A stretch of DNA of 64,000 nt from Eledone cirrhosa. Its lineage: Eukaryota. The translations under genes were made by a program, and so were the position numbers. Where the stretch lies: the NCBI GenBank assembly GCA_964016885.1, contig OZ024740.1, forward strand, positions 24,242,001-24,306,000, given 5' to 3'. The number at the start of each line of letters is the position of its first letter. Position 1 is the first letter of the stretch. The notes under the pieces are model-generated. The model made no database searches. It saw only the letters and a list, made by a program, of their open reading frames with translations, and was not told the DNA's origin. This document shows, in pieces, positions 13,060-26,734 of the stretch.

Positions 13060-13117
13060 ATACCTGATGATATCACCGGATTCATACGGAACCCGGTCAT
13101 TGAAATGATCATAGTAT
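13060..13117 (+). ncRNA. Type I HHR, 31-nt stem II
   Basis: ATAC-CTGATGA-[..ACCGG..TTC ATACG GAA..CCGGT..]-GAAA-TGATCA-TA|GTAT. Confidence 0.85.
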
Positions 13118-13320
13118 AATAAACCTTTCAAGGATTTACACAAATCAGGCCTCCTGTTATTTCATTATAATATTTAACTCCGTAATAGCACCACCAACTA
13201 CAAAAACAAAGACGGTTGAACTGCCTTACTTTGAGTACTCTCTATATTATTGCATTACGATTGATCATACGGAATAGACCAGCTCTATACAGTGGTGAAC
13301 CTCACACCTGAATAAATAAT

Positions 13321-13507
13321 TGTTTCTACTTTTGGCACAAGGCCATCAATTACCCAGTACATTACTGGTACTTTATTTTATCGACCCCGTAAGGATGAAA
13401 GGCAAAGTTAACCTCGGCGGGATTTGAACTTAGACCGTAAAGGGACGTAACTATGCTGGAAAGCATGGCGTCCGACTCTCTATTGATACTGCCAATCCAC
13501 CGCCCTC
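13321..13507 (-). mobile_element. SINE family A with 18-bp target-site duplication CACACCTGAATAAATAAT
   Basis: Duplication at 13303-13320 and 13508-13525. Nested in the retrozyme-like element. Confidence 0.92.
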
Positions 13508-13814
13508 CACACCTGAATAAATAATGCTCCTGAAATGTTGAGCACTTCTAAATGTAATAATGAACAGCGGCATGGGAGTGAATATATCTAACCACAATTC
13601 GAACTTTGGCTACCCGGTGTTTTCGCCTGGCCCATTGCTACTCCCCTCTCAGAATATTCGAACTTCGACAAAACTCCACTGACTAGACCATAACATGTAT
13701 TGTACTGCACTGTATTAACTAAATCACTACCCTATACTTCTGGGCATGTATAACTCACACTGGACTCCCAGACTCGAACACACACTGTTTCCACATCTAT
13801 ATGCATTATCTGAC

Positions 13815-14520
13815 TGCAACTTGAACTATATTGTATTTCTCCTGTGTCTTGAACTCTCCATTTAATAGATAACGACTCTTGTTTGTTTATTTATATCTTT
13901 ACATCTTTATTTGCTGTATTAATGCCTCTCCACGTATTCTACCTCTATACATCCATGTACTTTCTACTTCCCTTATTCGGACTTTTACTCGCGTGTACTC
14001 TTAGCACATGTCACTGGAATATCTCCCCCTGGGAACATAAATACCGCAACCTGAACTATATTGTATTTCTCCTGTGTCTTGAACTCTACATTTACTAGAC
14101 AACGACTATTGTTTGTTTATTTATATCTTCACTTCTTTATTTGCTGTATGAATGCCTTTCCACGTACTCAACCTCTATACATCCATGTACTTTTTACTTC
14201 CCTTATTCGGACTTTTACTCGCGTGCACTCTTAGTACACGACACAGGATTGCCCCCCTTCCGGGAACTTAAATACTGCAACATGAACTATATTGTAATTC
14301 TCGTATGTCTTGATTTCTCCATCTTACTCCAACACCACTCTTGTTGGTTTATTTACATATTTATACCTATATATTGATATCTTTATATATTTATACCTCT
14401 GCTGTACCAATGTGCTCTTCCACGTATTCCACTTCTATGTATCCATGTATTTCTACTCCTCACATTGGGACCTGTACCCATTAGCACACGACACTAGAAT
14501 GTCTCCTCCTGAGAACAAAA
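13815..14520 (+). repeat. Three diverged ~230-bp tandem units
   Basis: GCAAC.TGAACTATATTGTA.TT recurs near 13815, 14045 and 14275. Confidence 0.8.
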
Positions 14521-14759
14521 ATTAAACATTACACGACTATATCCCGTACTCTACATCCCACTAGGATAAATTACAGATCTACATAATACAATTAACGTTT
14601 CTTCATAAAAGACTCTATTTAATTAAACCCCGGAACCCAAAACCTCATAGAAGTTATTTGAATGTTTAATCTTCAATTTTCTGTTTGTTCAATTCTCAAT
14701 CTTCTTACTCCTTAGTTTTATAATGGTATTCTGAATTCTTTCAACTTCATCCGATAGAG

Positions 14760-15770
14760 GTAAGCAAAATTCTAAAGTTCCAACTTTCTGTCGGCTTGTT
14801 GGGTGGGTTTTAATGGCGGCGCGACCAGCTCCCTGGAGTGCTTTGAAAAAAAGAAAAAAAAAAATTTCCCCTTCTATCGGTAAATGAAAATACTCGGCGT
14901 AGCTTAATTCGCCATGGGGCACGGGGCGCGGCCGGTGTTGTAACAGCCACATAGTACCTTTAAATTACAGAACAAATCGGAACTATTAGATATATCAACC
15001 TGAAAATGTTAAACTGTTGAACTTTAAATTTTCTAACCTCTTTAATATTGAATATTGATTATTAATTGTTTAACTTCATCCTATAGGTATAAACATTGTA
15101 ACACACTGACTCCCAATATATTCACCTCTGCTAAGATGCGGGTCCCTGTGAACATTTTCTCGCGCCACTCCTGGCCTGACTGTGGTCTGACATTAATATC
15201 GACCTTCCTTCCTCTCTGTTTCTATCTTCCTTCTTGTAGCCATCAACAATTACTTTTCTACTTCTCTAAGCAAAATTTTAAAGTTCCAACTTCCTGTCGG
15301 ACTGTTGGGTGGGTTTTAATGGCGGCGCGACCAGCTCCCTGGCGCACGAGCTGACCTGGAGTTCTTGGAAAAATAAATTTCCCTTCTTTCGGTAATTGAA
15401 AATACTCGGCGTGGCTTAATTCGCCATGGGGCCCGGGGCGCGGCCGGTGTTTTAACCGCAACATAGTACCTTTAAATTACAGAACAAATTGGAACTATTA
15501 TATAATAAAATGTTAAACTGTTGAACTTTAAATTTTCTAACCTCTTTAATATTGAATATTGATTATTAATTTGTTTAACTTCATCCTAGAAGTCTAAACA
15601 CTGTAACACACTGACTCCCAATATATTCATCGCTGCTAAGATGCGGGTCCCTGTGAACATTTTCTCGCGCCATTCCTGGCCTGACTGTGGTCTGACATTA
15701 ATATCGACCTTTCTTCCTCTTTCTTTCTATCTTCCTTCTTGTAACCATCAACCCTTACACTTCTATTTCT
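14760..15770 (+). repeat. Two ~500-bp tandem units with GC-rich motifs
   Basis: AAGCAAAATT.TAAAGTTCCAAC...GGCGGCGCGACCAGCTCCCTGG...GGGGCGCGGCCGG recurs near 14760 and 15268. Confidence 0.85.
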
Positions 15771-16161
15771 CTCTTCTTTTCCTTCTCTTCTCCCCTCTTC
15801 CTGTCTTCCTCCCGCAGACTTATCTTCCTTCCCCCTCTTGCTTGCCTATATCTGACCGGTAGTAGTTGCCTTTCTTCTTTTAGCTGACATTAACCCTGGC
15901 TTCTCTACTTCTATCTTCCCCCTTCTTCTCTCTCCTTCCTTTCTTTCTTTCTTTTACCTTGTGTCATGAGATTGACGTTAACTTATGTTCCCATATCTTT
16001 CTGTTTTCGTTTATCTGACCGGTAGTAGCATACTATAAATTTTAGCCACGTCACTCCAGGGCGACCGGCTGAGATTGAAGGAACAGAATAGCGGTCGCCC
16101 TCGAGTCCTCGATTTTCAGCCCCATGGATTTTATCTATTACATTCACGTATTATATTTCGA

Positions 16162-16219
16162 ATACCTGATGATATCACCGGATTCATACGGAACCCGGTC
16201 GTTGAAATGATCATAGTAT
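16162..16219 (+). ncRNA. Type I HHR in the 3' pLTR
   Basis: Direct copy of 13060-13117. Confidence 0.85.
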
Positions 16220-16417
16220 AATAAACCTTTCAAGGATTTACACAAATCCAGCCTCCTGTCATTTCATTATAATATTTAACTCCGTAATAGCACCACCAAC
16301 TACAAAAACAAAGACGGTTGAACTGCCTTACGTTGAGTACTCTCTATATTATTGCATTACGATTGACCATACGGAATAGACCAGCTCTATACAGTGGTGA
16401 ACCTCAAACCTGAATAA

Positions 16418-16452
<35 letters not shown>

Positions 16453-16559
16453 TAAATTTGAAGACTAAAATCCAAAGAGGGCTCGTAAGGATAAATATAT
16501 ATCAAATATATAAGAACCGCAGAGCAAATATTTATTTGTGTATTTATAAATATTTGTTA

Positions 16560-16608
16560 GTCTCAGAAGATCCCGTTAAGGGTGAAAGCAGCGATTCTTT
16601 GCTTAAAC
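16560..16608 (+). ncRNA. HHR-like motif with CAGAAGA (U4A) core
   Basis: GTCT-CAGAAGA-TCCC-GTTAA-GGGT-GAAA-GCA..TGC-TT|AAAC. The relative at 34374-34419 has the same core. Confidence 0.55.
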
Positions 16609-16628
16609 TTTAATCTGTTATTTTAATA

Positions 16629-16691
<63 letters not shown>

Positions 16692-16736
16692 GAGAGTAAA
16701 ACAAAGAAGCCTTCAATACATCAAAAGTCTTTATTA

Positions 16737-16774
16737 GCCGACAATGTTTCGTCCTATTAAGGACTCATCAGGGC
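16737..16774 (-). ncRNA. Canonical type I HHR (GUC cleavage triplet)
   Basis: GCC-CTGATGA-GTCC-TTAATA-GGAC-GAAA-CATT-GTC|GGC. Confidence 0.92.
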
Positions 16775-17325
16775 AATTAAAACAACAAGAAGTAATATTG
16801 GCAGATACAAGCCGGAAGCTCCGAAGAATATGGAGTGTACATACACTAAAGTATTGCAAAAATATATAATAAAAATAATAAAAATATATAATAAAAATTA
16901 CTAAGGATGTATATAACATTAAGAACCATATTACAAATATAGTCCAAAGCAAAAAAAACCTAGAGCTAAACAAAGGTGGTTATATAGAGCAGGAATTATG
17001 TATAATACAATGAAATATAATATAATATACTATAATATATCTTTACCAACATTAAAATTACAATAAAAATCAAAAGGTACAATCTGCATATGTATATATG
17101 TGCGCACACGTACACACACATACACATACAACAATACACACATCCATCTTCAACTGCACAAATTAAACCTTATTAAGAGTTTGAATATAAAAATAAGCAT
17201 GATAGGAATGAAAATAATAATAATAATAATACTAATACATCTACCCAATATACATGAGGTAATAACATGATATAATTATAAGTAGCGCATATAATAAATA
17301 ATAAATAATACAATTATATACTATA

Positions 17326-18098
17326 CTAGCAGTAAAGCCCGGCGTTGCTCGGGGTCGCTCAGTAGCTGTGTTAAAGTTACAATGTTAAGTTTCTTTTTTG
17401 GCTTAAAAACTGTAGTGTCTACTGTGCAGACTTGCATGTGGTGTTTTTGATTAATATTCCCTCAACCAACAATATGCCTTATGAAGTTAAGAAAACATAA
17501 CGATAACCCGAATGTTATAACAAAAGAGGATGCTGGGGATAAAAACTGCACTGGTTATTTATTAACAAAGATCGAAAATGTAAACACTGCAACGCAGAGA
17601 ATAACATTAGCGTAACCAAATTATCAGTTATGTCTGTCTGCACGCCTATATCACCTCTCTGCACGACTGTCTGTCTGCACGCCTGAAATATTTGCTTGTT
17701 TTACGTAGTCTTTAAATAGACTTGTTTTCAAGTAAAAATATTGTTTTAAAATGCTTTTAAATGGAAATGAAGCAAAACGGAAGCTTAGTGTTCGAACTGA
17801 TGAAATTGTGTTAATGTCATTTTAAACGCTGAGAAAGCCAGCGTAATTTTTTATGTAAGACGCTCAACGTAAACAGAACAAAGGGAAATAACTGATAACT
17901 TACGCTCAAAAATCGATACATTATATTCGATTTCGTCACATAGGGTGGGTCAATTTGAAATTTTTTTTTTCCGATGTCTTCGCTAGGGCTCAATTTACAA
18001 GTCTAGCAATTTCGGTGCAATTCCGTGAGAGATTCTAAGAGGAGATGTGTGCCAAAAATCGATAGACAGACAGACAACCACAGTTTTATATATATAGA
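17326..18098 (-). mobile_element. Non-autonomous Helitron
   Basis: On -: A|TCTATATATATAAAAC start, (GTCT)n, subterminal hairpin CCCGAGCAACGCCGGG and CTAG|T end. No target-site duplication. Confidence 0.85.
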
Positions 18099-18636
18099 TT
18101 GTATTATTTATTATTTATTATATGTGCTACTTATAATTATATCATATTATTACCTAATGTATATTGGGTAGATGTATTAGTATTATTATTATTATTATTT
18201 TCATTCCTATCATGCTTATTTTTATATTCAAACTCTTAATAAGGTTTAATTTGTGCAGTTGAAGATGGATGTGTGTATTGTTGTATGTGTATGTGTGTGT
18301 ACGTGTGCGCACATATATACATAGGCAGATTGTACCTTTTGATTTTTATTGTAATTTTAATGTTGGTAAAGATATATTATAGTATATTATATTATATTTC
18401 ATTGTATTATACATAATTCCTGCTCTATATAACCACCTTTGTTTAGCTCTAGGTTTTTTTGCTTTGGACTATATTTGTAATATGGTTCTTAATGTTATAT
18501 ACATCCTTAGTAATTTTTATTATATATTTTTATTATTTTTATTATATATTTTTGCAATACTTTAGTGTATGTACACTCCATATTCTTCGGAGGTTCCGGC
18601 TTGTATCTGCCGATATTACTTCTTGTTGTTTTAATT

Positions 18637-18674
18637 GCCCTGATGAGTCCTTAATAGGACGAAACATTGTTGGC
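18637..18674 (+). ncRNA. Type I HHR (GUU cleavage triplet)
   Basis: GCC-CTGATGA-GTCC-TTAATA-GGAC-GAAA-CATT-GTT|GGC. Confidence 0.88.
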
Positions 18675-18821
18675 TAATAAAGACTTTTGATTTATTGAAG
18701 GCTTCTTTGTTTTACTCTCTTAATTTTTCGGCTCTGTTTAACTACATTGAGCTATACATTTAACTGTCATTTCTATAATACGAAGAGGGTGTTTAACTCC
18801 AACACACTCCAGTATTTTAAC

Positions 18822-18865
<44 letters not shown>

Positions 18866-19051
18866 CAAATGGAAAAAAAATGAAACGAAATTTCATTTCT
18901 CGCTCTTAGTACGGCTGTTACTTAAATATAAGTATTATACGTACATACATATATGTATACAGACGTACAGTTGTATGTATATATATACATACTACTGTAC
19001 GTCTATATAAATATATGTATGTACGTATACATACTTATATATATATATATG

Positions 19052-19087
<36 letters not shown>

Positions 19088-19093
19088 AGCATC

Positions 19094-19126
<33 letters not shown>

Positions 19127-19344
19127 CTTGGTCTTTGTTTGTACGTGGGCACATCGTTGTATGCAGATGTATCTGTCCGTGTCCTCAACTAAACAACTTT
19201 CATCCCAGGCTCCTTAGCCACAATGTCCACCACTGATGGTTCAATAATTTGAAATAAAAGAAAATACATTTAAATTTGTTCAGTTATCGGAGTGTAATTA
19301 AATGGTGTATAGTAATAACATAGCAGCAGTAATAATGTTGACAA

Positions 19345-19880
<536 letters not shown>

Positions 19881-20713
19881 GTAGCAGCAGCAGCAGCAGC
19901 ACCCAAGTAACTTTAACATCAACAACAGAACCAACATCAACAATATTAACAGTAACAGTTTGAACAATATCAACAACGACCAAATTAAAAATCAATAACA
20001 ACAAACACAATAGCAAATATAATTGAAAGTGAAACGTGGGGGTTAACAACAACAACACAACACAAACAAGTCAAATAGAAAGAAGATAAACAATACCTGC
20101 CTGAGAATCACCAACAATGGCGGTTACAGCAACAGTAAACATGTTTCACATCGAGGCTCCAGGTCATATGAAGTATATCTGTCCAGTTACACTAGTTTAG
20201 TTGATTTATTAGGTTTGAAACTAGGTTTTAATACTGGAGCAACTACATTAGCATTTTAAATACATATACAGACACACGCACTCACTCACACACACTCACA
20301 CACACAGACACACTCTCTCACACACTCACACACACTCACACACACTCACACACACTCACACACACTCACACACACTCACACAAACAGACACACTCTCTCA
20401 CACACTCACACACACTCACACACACTCACACTCACTCACACACACATACACACTCTCTCACACACTCACACACATTCTCTCTCACACACACATACTCACA
20501 CACATTCTCTCTCACACACACACACACACAATCTCACACACACACACACACACTCACACACACACACACTCACACACACATACTCACACACACTCACACA
20601 CACACACATACACACACTCACACACACACACACACTCACACACACAAACACAAATACACTCTCACACACACACACACCACACACACTCTCACACAAAAAC
20701 ACACACATACATA

Positions 20714-20911
20714 CGAGGCTCGACTGAAAGGTTCTGACGCTAACCAAGATTCTCTCATGTAATGTCCAAATGAGGTTTATTTTCAACAAAGTCCCTGGAA
20801 AGAAAACATTACAGTTATTGATAAGAAAAGTTAAAATTAATGCATGAAAGATTTCACAGCCTAAACATCACTCCTTCGTAGTCAGCCTATAAGCTTTTCA
20901 ACAGACCCTCG
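20714..20911. mobile_element. Tc1/mariner-like MITE
   Basis: TA|CGAGGCTCGACTGAAAGGTTC...AAGCTTTTCAACAGACCCTCG|TA. Degenerate terminal inverted repeats with TA flanks, inside a CA-rich tract. Confidence 0.65.
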
Positions 20912-22603
20912 TACACACACATACACATTCTCTCACACATACACACACATACACACACACGTACACATTCACTCACACACATACATACACATACATTCAC
21001 TCACACATGCACAAACACATACACACACATACATTCACTCACACATGCACACACATACACACACTTTCTCTGTCTCACACACAAATTAACACTCACTCAC
21101 TTACACATACACATACACACACTTTCTCGGTCTCCCACACAGAGTAATACTAACTCACACACACCCACTCACACATACGCACACATACACATACATACAC
21201 ATACACACACTTTCTCTGTCTCCCATACAGAGTAACACTCACTCACACACTCACTCACACATACACGCACATACACATACATACACATACACACACTTTC
21301 TCTCTCCCACACAAAGTAACACTCACACACACACAGAGGAATTGTTTATTCACTTTTCCGATATTTCATATCAACGTTGAGGGTTTTCACACCCGAAATA
21401 TTATAAGTAAAAATAAGTTTTCCTCGTAATCTTTTTTAGAAATTGTTAACATATATCTTTCATTATATAACTGGTTGCAAGTAGGTTGGGTGTAATCTGG
21501 AAATCAATATAAAAACAGGAGTTTCAGACTAGATATTCTTTTATGGCGATGATGCATTTGTTTTACAAGATTTATTATATGAAATCGTGTGATGAAACAG
21601 ATACTGTTATATTTGGGGAGGGTCATGTTGTCCTAATATTGCTAAAAATAGTAAAACAAACTTGGTTTTTGCTTCAAACACGAAGCGAATTTGTTAATTT
21701 CTCAAAGATCTTTCGTCACACATTTTCCACGGACATCTTTAGTGATTTTTGCAATGTTTCCTCCCGTTGTGTTACTTTTATGCTTTCATGCCTTTTCTGG
21801 CTTCAGGAATTAGATAGCTCTAATGCTAGAACATTACCTACAAGAGATTTAAGGGAATCATATCTGCCTCACTATTTATTATTTTATTCTCGGTATATAT
21901 TTTATACACTTCAGTTTCTCGAAGAGTTGAGATACGCGACAGCCGACAATTATTAAAGGTAGATACTGATATACATGGTAGCAATCACTAAAGAACAAAG
22001 TAAATGAACTTGCTTCGAGAAACTCGGAGTACCATGAAGGTACACCCCAGTTTGTCATGTATTTATATATATAGGGTATATGTCATTCAGTGAATTACTG
22101 GCAGTGGTATCAAAATAAGCTCTAGAGGCGCAGGTAGAATATCCATATTAATAAAAACAATGAAGTTTCGTTTACATGTCTTAAGATTTGTATTGTGTAT
22201 CGAACTGTTACGTGCGTCACGCAGAGGATTGTTTCTGAGCCCCAAAATCTCTAAATACATGTTAACGGAGCTTATCTTCCAAAGACCAATTAACTTGCAG
22301 GCCCTGCAAATGGATTTTGTCGATTTCGGATTTACAGAAACCTAGTGGAGATGTTATATAAAATTATGTAATATATCCACGATAGACCAGGTAATTGTCA
22401 AACATTTCCCTGAGTCGGTTTTTTTCGTTGTTCTGGTCCTAGCGATTCGCATTTCGGTCGCTGTCTTCAATTTGCATAGCTGTCTAAACCTAATGTTATA
22501 ACTCTAAGGTAAAATTCCTTATTGAGTGCTTATGGGTACACTTCCCGACATCATTCGTTAGCTTGCCCGTACCTAGAGCTTCGATTATGCTGTACTACCT
22601 TCT

Positions 22604-22654
<51 letters not shown>

Positions 22655-22801
22655 TATTTTCCGTTGTGTTGTAATATAAATATTACACACAGTAGATTAT
22701 CAGCTCACGTAGAGTTTGCTCGACGGTTCCAGTTGTAGTTCCAAAAGTAATCCGGAGAAAAATAGAAAGATTTGAATGGATACAGTTTAGTTGAAAGGAA
22801 T

Positions 22802-22922
22802 TTATTGACACGTGTTTCTATAACAGTTACATAACCTGAAAACAGCTGCTATCTACAAAGTTTTAGTTATGCAGACATTCAATATTTCAATGTTATTATT
22901 TACTGTCATTTCATCAGAATAA
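22802..22922 (-). ncRNA. Type I HHR with 92-nt branched stem II (inverted copy)
   Basis: Reverse complement of 24548-24668. Confidence 0.85.
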
Positions 22923-23200
22923 TATTACTGAGGACCTATTTAGTTTTTATAGAGAATATTAGGAGGGAGGGGTGAAGTTGTTAGAAGAATAGTTGAAGGA
23001 GTGGTTTTTCGATAGCAGTGAGAATTCTTGGTGGCAGTGAGTAATTAGATTCCCATCTGTTGTTTTGACATTTTTTATAGAATATATTATTGGTTATTTT
23101 TCTAAATCTATAGAAGGATTAGAGATAGTAAAGATATGCGTGGTTGGTTTTGTGTTTGCACTTAATTAACATTCAGACTTAAATTTTTCTTTCAAGTGTA

Positions 23201-23659
23201 CTCCAGAGAAAACCCAACGTACACAACTATAACTGCACCTATCCTGACAACTGCCCCCTCGGCAATAACTGCCTGGAAAAAAATATTATTTATAAGTGTT
23301 CCATTAAATCCGGAGGCAACGAGTGGTATTACGTGGGATCAACGGCAACATCGTTTAAATCTCGATTGTATAGGCATTCTTACTCAATAAAACACCAGAG
23401 CCAAAGAAATGTAACAACTTTAGCAGAAAAAGCTTGGACGCTCAGGGATAGCGATCAAAAGTTTACCCTAAAATGGGAGAAATTAGCTAAAACCCAAAGC
23501 TTTTCCAGGAGCCAAAATTTCTGCAAATTGTGTAATCTTGAGATTTATTACATAATCACACACAAGAAGAAACTGCTGAATAACAGAATTGAACGAACAT
23601 TATTCTGCCGTCACAGAACTAAAACCCTTTTTTCCCACTACAAGCCGAATATTACATAA
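23201..23659 (+). pseudogene. Naiad-type GIY-YIG endonuclease fragment
   Basis: YNCTYPDNCPLGNNCLEKNIIYKC..WYYVGST..FKSRL..CKLCNLE..LLNNRIE..CRH. Confidence 0.9.
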
Positions 23660-23926
23660 AAGAGGGACATCCCCCAACTATATAAACCTTAATCTAGTTA
23701 GAAAAATATAAAAACAATCTCTTCTCAACATATATTAATAACCTTAAATTACCACACTAATAATGGAAAGATATGCTGATGAGAATAGGTGCAAATATGC
23801 GATAATGAATGTGTCTAAAAACGTCCATAAGTATGTATATATATGTGAAAATGTATATAAATAAGTAAATATATATATATGTTTGATGTGTATTGTTAGA
23901 TGTAAGTGTATTCATGTATTAAAGTG

Positions 23927-23995
<69 letters not shown>

Positions 23996-24547
23996 GTGTA
24001 TATAGATGTGTATGTATGTGTATGTGTGTACACATGGACTATAGTATGTATGTATATATGTGTGTGTCTATACGTGTGTATATAAAGATAAGTTGAGTAT
24101 GAAAATGTATACACATGAGCGCGTATGTATGTACATGAATACATGTGTGTATATATATGTGTATGCGTGTGTATATGTATGGAAGTATGAATATGTGAAT
24201 TGTGAGTATATGTATTTTGTAGAGGTGTGCAAATATATTTGTGTGTGAATGCGTGGGTGAAAGGATACGTACACTTGAAAGAAAAATTTAAGTCTGAATG
24301 TTAATTAAGTGCAAACACAAAACCAACCACGCATATCTTTACTATCTCTAATCCTTCTATAGATTTAGAAAAATAACCAATAATATATTCTATAAAAAAT
24401 GTCAAAACAACAGATGGGAATCTAATTACTCACTGCCACCAAGAATTCTCACTGCTATCGAAAAACCACTCCTTCAACTATTCTTCTAACAACTTCACCC
24501 CTCCCTCCTAATATTCTCTATAAAAACTAAATAGGTCCTCAGTAATA

Positions 24548-24668
24548 TTATTCTGATGAAATGACAGTAAATAATAACATTGAAATATTGAATGTCTGCA
24601 TAACTAAAACTTTGTAGATAGCAGCTGTTTTCAGGTTATGTAACTGTTATAGAAACACGTGTCAATAA
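24548..24668 (+). ncRNA. Type I HHR with 92-nt branched stem II
   Basis: TTATT-CTGATGA-[ATGACAGT..ACATT/AATGT..GCATAAC/GTTATGT..ACTGTTAT]-GAAA-CACGTG-TC|AATAA. Confidence 0.85.
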
Positions 24669-24705
24669 ATTCCTTTCAACTAAACTGTATCCATTCAAAT
24701 CTTTC

Positions 24706-24741
<36 letters not shown>

Positions 24742-24788
24742 CAATAAGGTAGTATATATATATATATATATATATATACAATAAGGTA

Positions 24789-24832
<44 letters not shown>

Positions 24833-24961
24833 GTGAGGTTTTTTACAAAATGAAAAATAACCGAGGTGTCCTACACGAGTGTAAGTATAAAGAAAAAAAG
24901 ATGAAATCGAAAATGCAGCCGGAGTCTTATTTTTAAAAAAATATATATATTTATTTGGTTC

Positions 24962-24997
24962 CTTTACCGGTTTCGCAGTTCTTCTGCTTTTCAAAAG
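24962..24997 (-). ncRNA. Minimal type I HHR, U3-A8 variant
   Basis: CTT-TTGAAAA-GCAG-AAGAA-CTGC-GAAA-CCGG-TA|AAG. Confidence 0.8.
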
Positions 24998-25611
24998 TAG
25001 AGTTGAGATGGAGGGTCTGTGGTTTTTCTCACATCTGGTTGGTCTTTGAATGTTACTTGTTTTATATAGAAAAAAGTGGCTCGAAACGCCAGGTTTTAGA
25101 GAAGTAATTTGAGTGGTTGGTCAATAAATATAATAAATTTCGCGCAAGTTCGCGTTACAAAGTTCTTCAAACAAGGGGGGAGGGGCTCAGGTTGTTTTTT
25201 CATGTATGAGTGTTTGAATTACTTTTTACTTAAAAAAAGGGGCTCACGAAGGCTTTTTTTTTAATAAACGTAATTTGATTATTTATAAATGAAATTATGG
25301 GTGTCACGTGAACAAGTTCATTAAAATTTTGCGCCCGTATTTGGGAATCTATTTTGTAGCTTTTTACAGAATTTTATGACAATAAAAAAAGTGACTCACG
25401 AAGGCTTATTTTTTTTTTAATGTAATTTGACTGGTTATAAATGAAATTATTGCTGTCTCGTGAACAGGTTCATTAAAATTTCGCGCCCGTATTTGAGAAA
25501 TAATTTTGTAGCCTTTTACAGAATTGTTTGACATGAAAAATGTGGCTCCCGAAGGCTTTTTAAAAAAAATGCTATTTAATTGGTTATAAATGAAATTATG
25601 ACTGTCACGAC

Positions 25612-26734
25612 TTATGCCAACTTAGTCATGGCATACTTAGAAGTCCAGATTTATGAACAGTCCAAATCAAAATACGGATTGAACTTCCACAAATATTTAT
25701 CAGAGAAATGGAAACGCTACTTGGATGAGTGTCTCATTCTTTGGCCCCACACACTCGACCAACCGAATGATTTCAAAATTTTAATAAACGGCATCAATAA
25801 CCACATCCAATTCACAAAGGAATACAGCCAACATCAACTCCCATTTCTGGACATCTTACTCTAAAAAAAAGACACAAATATTGAAACTGACATACACTAC
25901 AAACCAACAGATTCCAACCAAAACCTGCTATTCACCTCCAACCATCCAGAGCACACGAAGACGAACAATCCTTTTAAACTAGTAAGAAGAATTTGCACAA
26001 TTGTCTCCAATTATGAAACGCGAAAGAAAAGACTTCAAGAATTAAAGGAAATTCTACTCGAAAGAGAGTACCCACCATTACTAATAAATAATGGAATAGA
26101 AAGGGCTAAAGTAATAGGTATTGATGAATTACGAAAACAGAAACAAATTCAAGGTACATCCAATATTCTATCATACATCTCAACACACAACCCTAGAAAT
26201 GCAGAAGCTTACAACACTATTCACAAGAACATCCCACTACTGAAACAAGACCAAATAATGAAAAAAGCCCTTGAAATACACAACATAATCAAAAGCAAAA
26301 GACAACCGAAATCACTGAAAACATTACTCACCAATACCAAATTACCTACCACAAACCCACAACCAACTGTCAAAATATGTGGTCGCTCTAATTGTGGAAC
26401 CTGCACTCACCTCATTGAAGGCAACACTTATACAGGACAAAATGTTGCTGTAAAAAAATCTATTTTATGCCATTAAATGTAAAGGATGCAATGAAGATTA
26501 TATAGAACAAACTAAACTCACACTTAGAAATAGAATGACAGTTCATTGCCAACAATTACGAGATCCAACCACGAGACAGATACCACTAACCGCACATCTA
26601 GACATATGCGCAAGTAATAAGACACCAAAGTTTTCCAATTTTACCTTTGCGCTGACAATACAACAGAAAAAATACGAATAAATAAGGAAAATATGTTTAT
26701 TCAAAAATATAGACCAGCATTAAATATGGTTTAA
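25612..26734 (+). pseudogene. Neptune-type PLE RT plus GIY-YIG remnant
   Basis: YANLVMAYLE..WKRYLDE..LPFLD..YKPTD..CGRSNCGTC linker..IKCKGCNEDYI. Contains stops and frameshifts. Confidence 0.88.

Larger units (their letters stand above)
16686..18725. mobile_element. Snap-back palindromic PLE derivative (~630-bp arms) with HHRs near both outer ends and a Helitron at the apex
   Basis: 16686-17314 is the reverse complement of 18098-18725 with few mismatches. Confidence 0.9.
22652..24708 (+). mobile_element. 5'-truncated Naiad-type PLE with inverted pLTR (22762-23200 / 24270-24708)
   Basis: Essentially perfect 439-bp inverted repeat around a GIY-YIG fragment and 3' UTR. (TA)n flanks. Confidence 0.92.
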
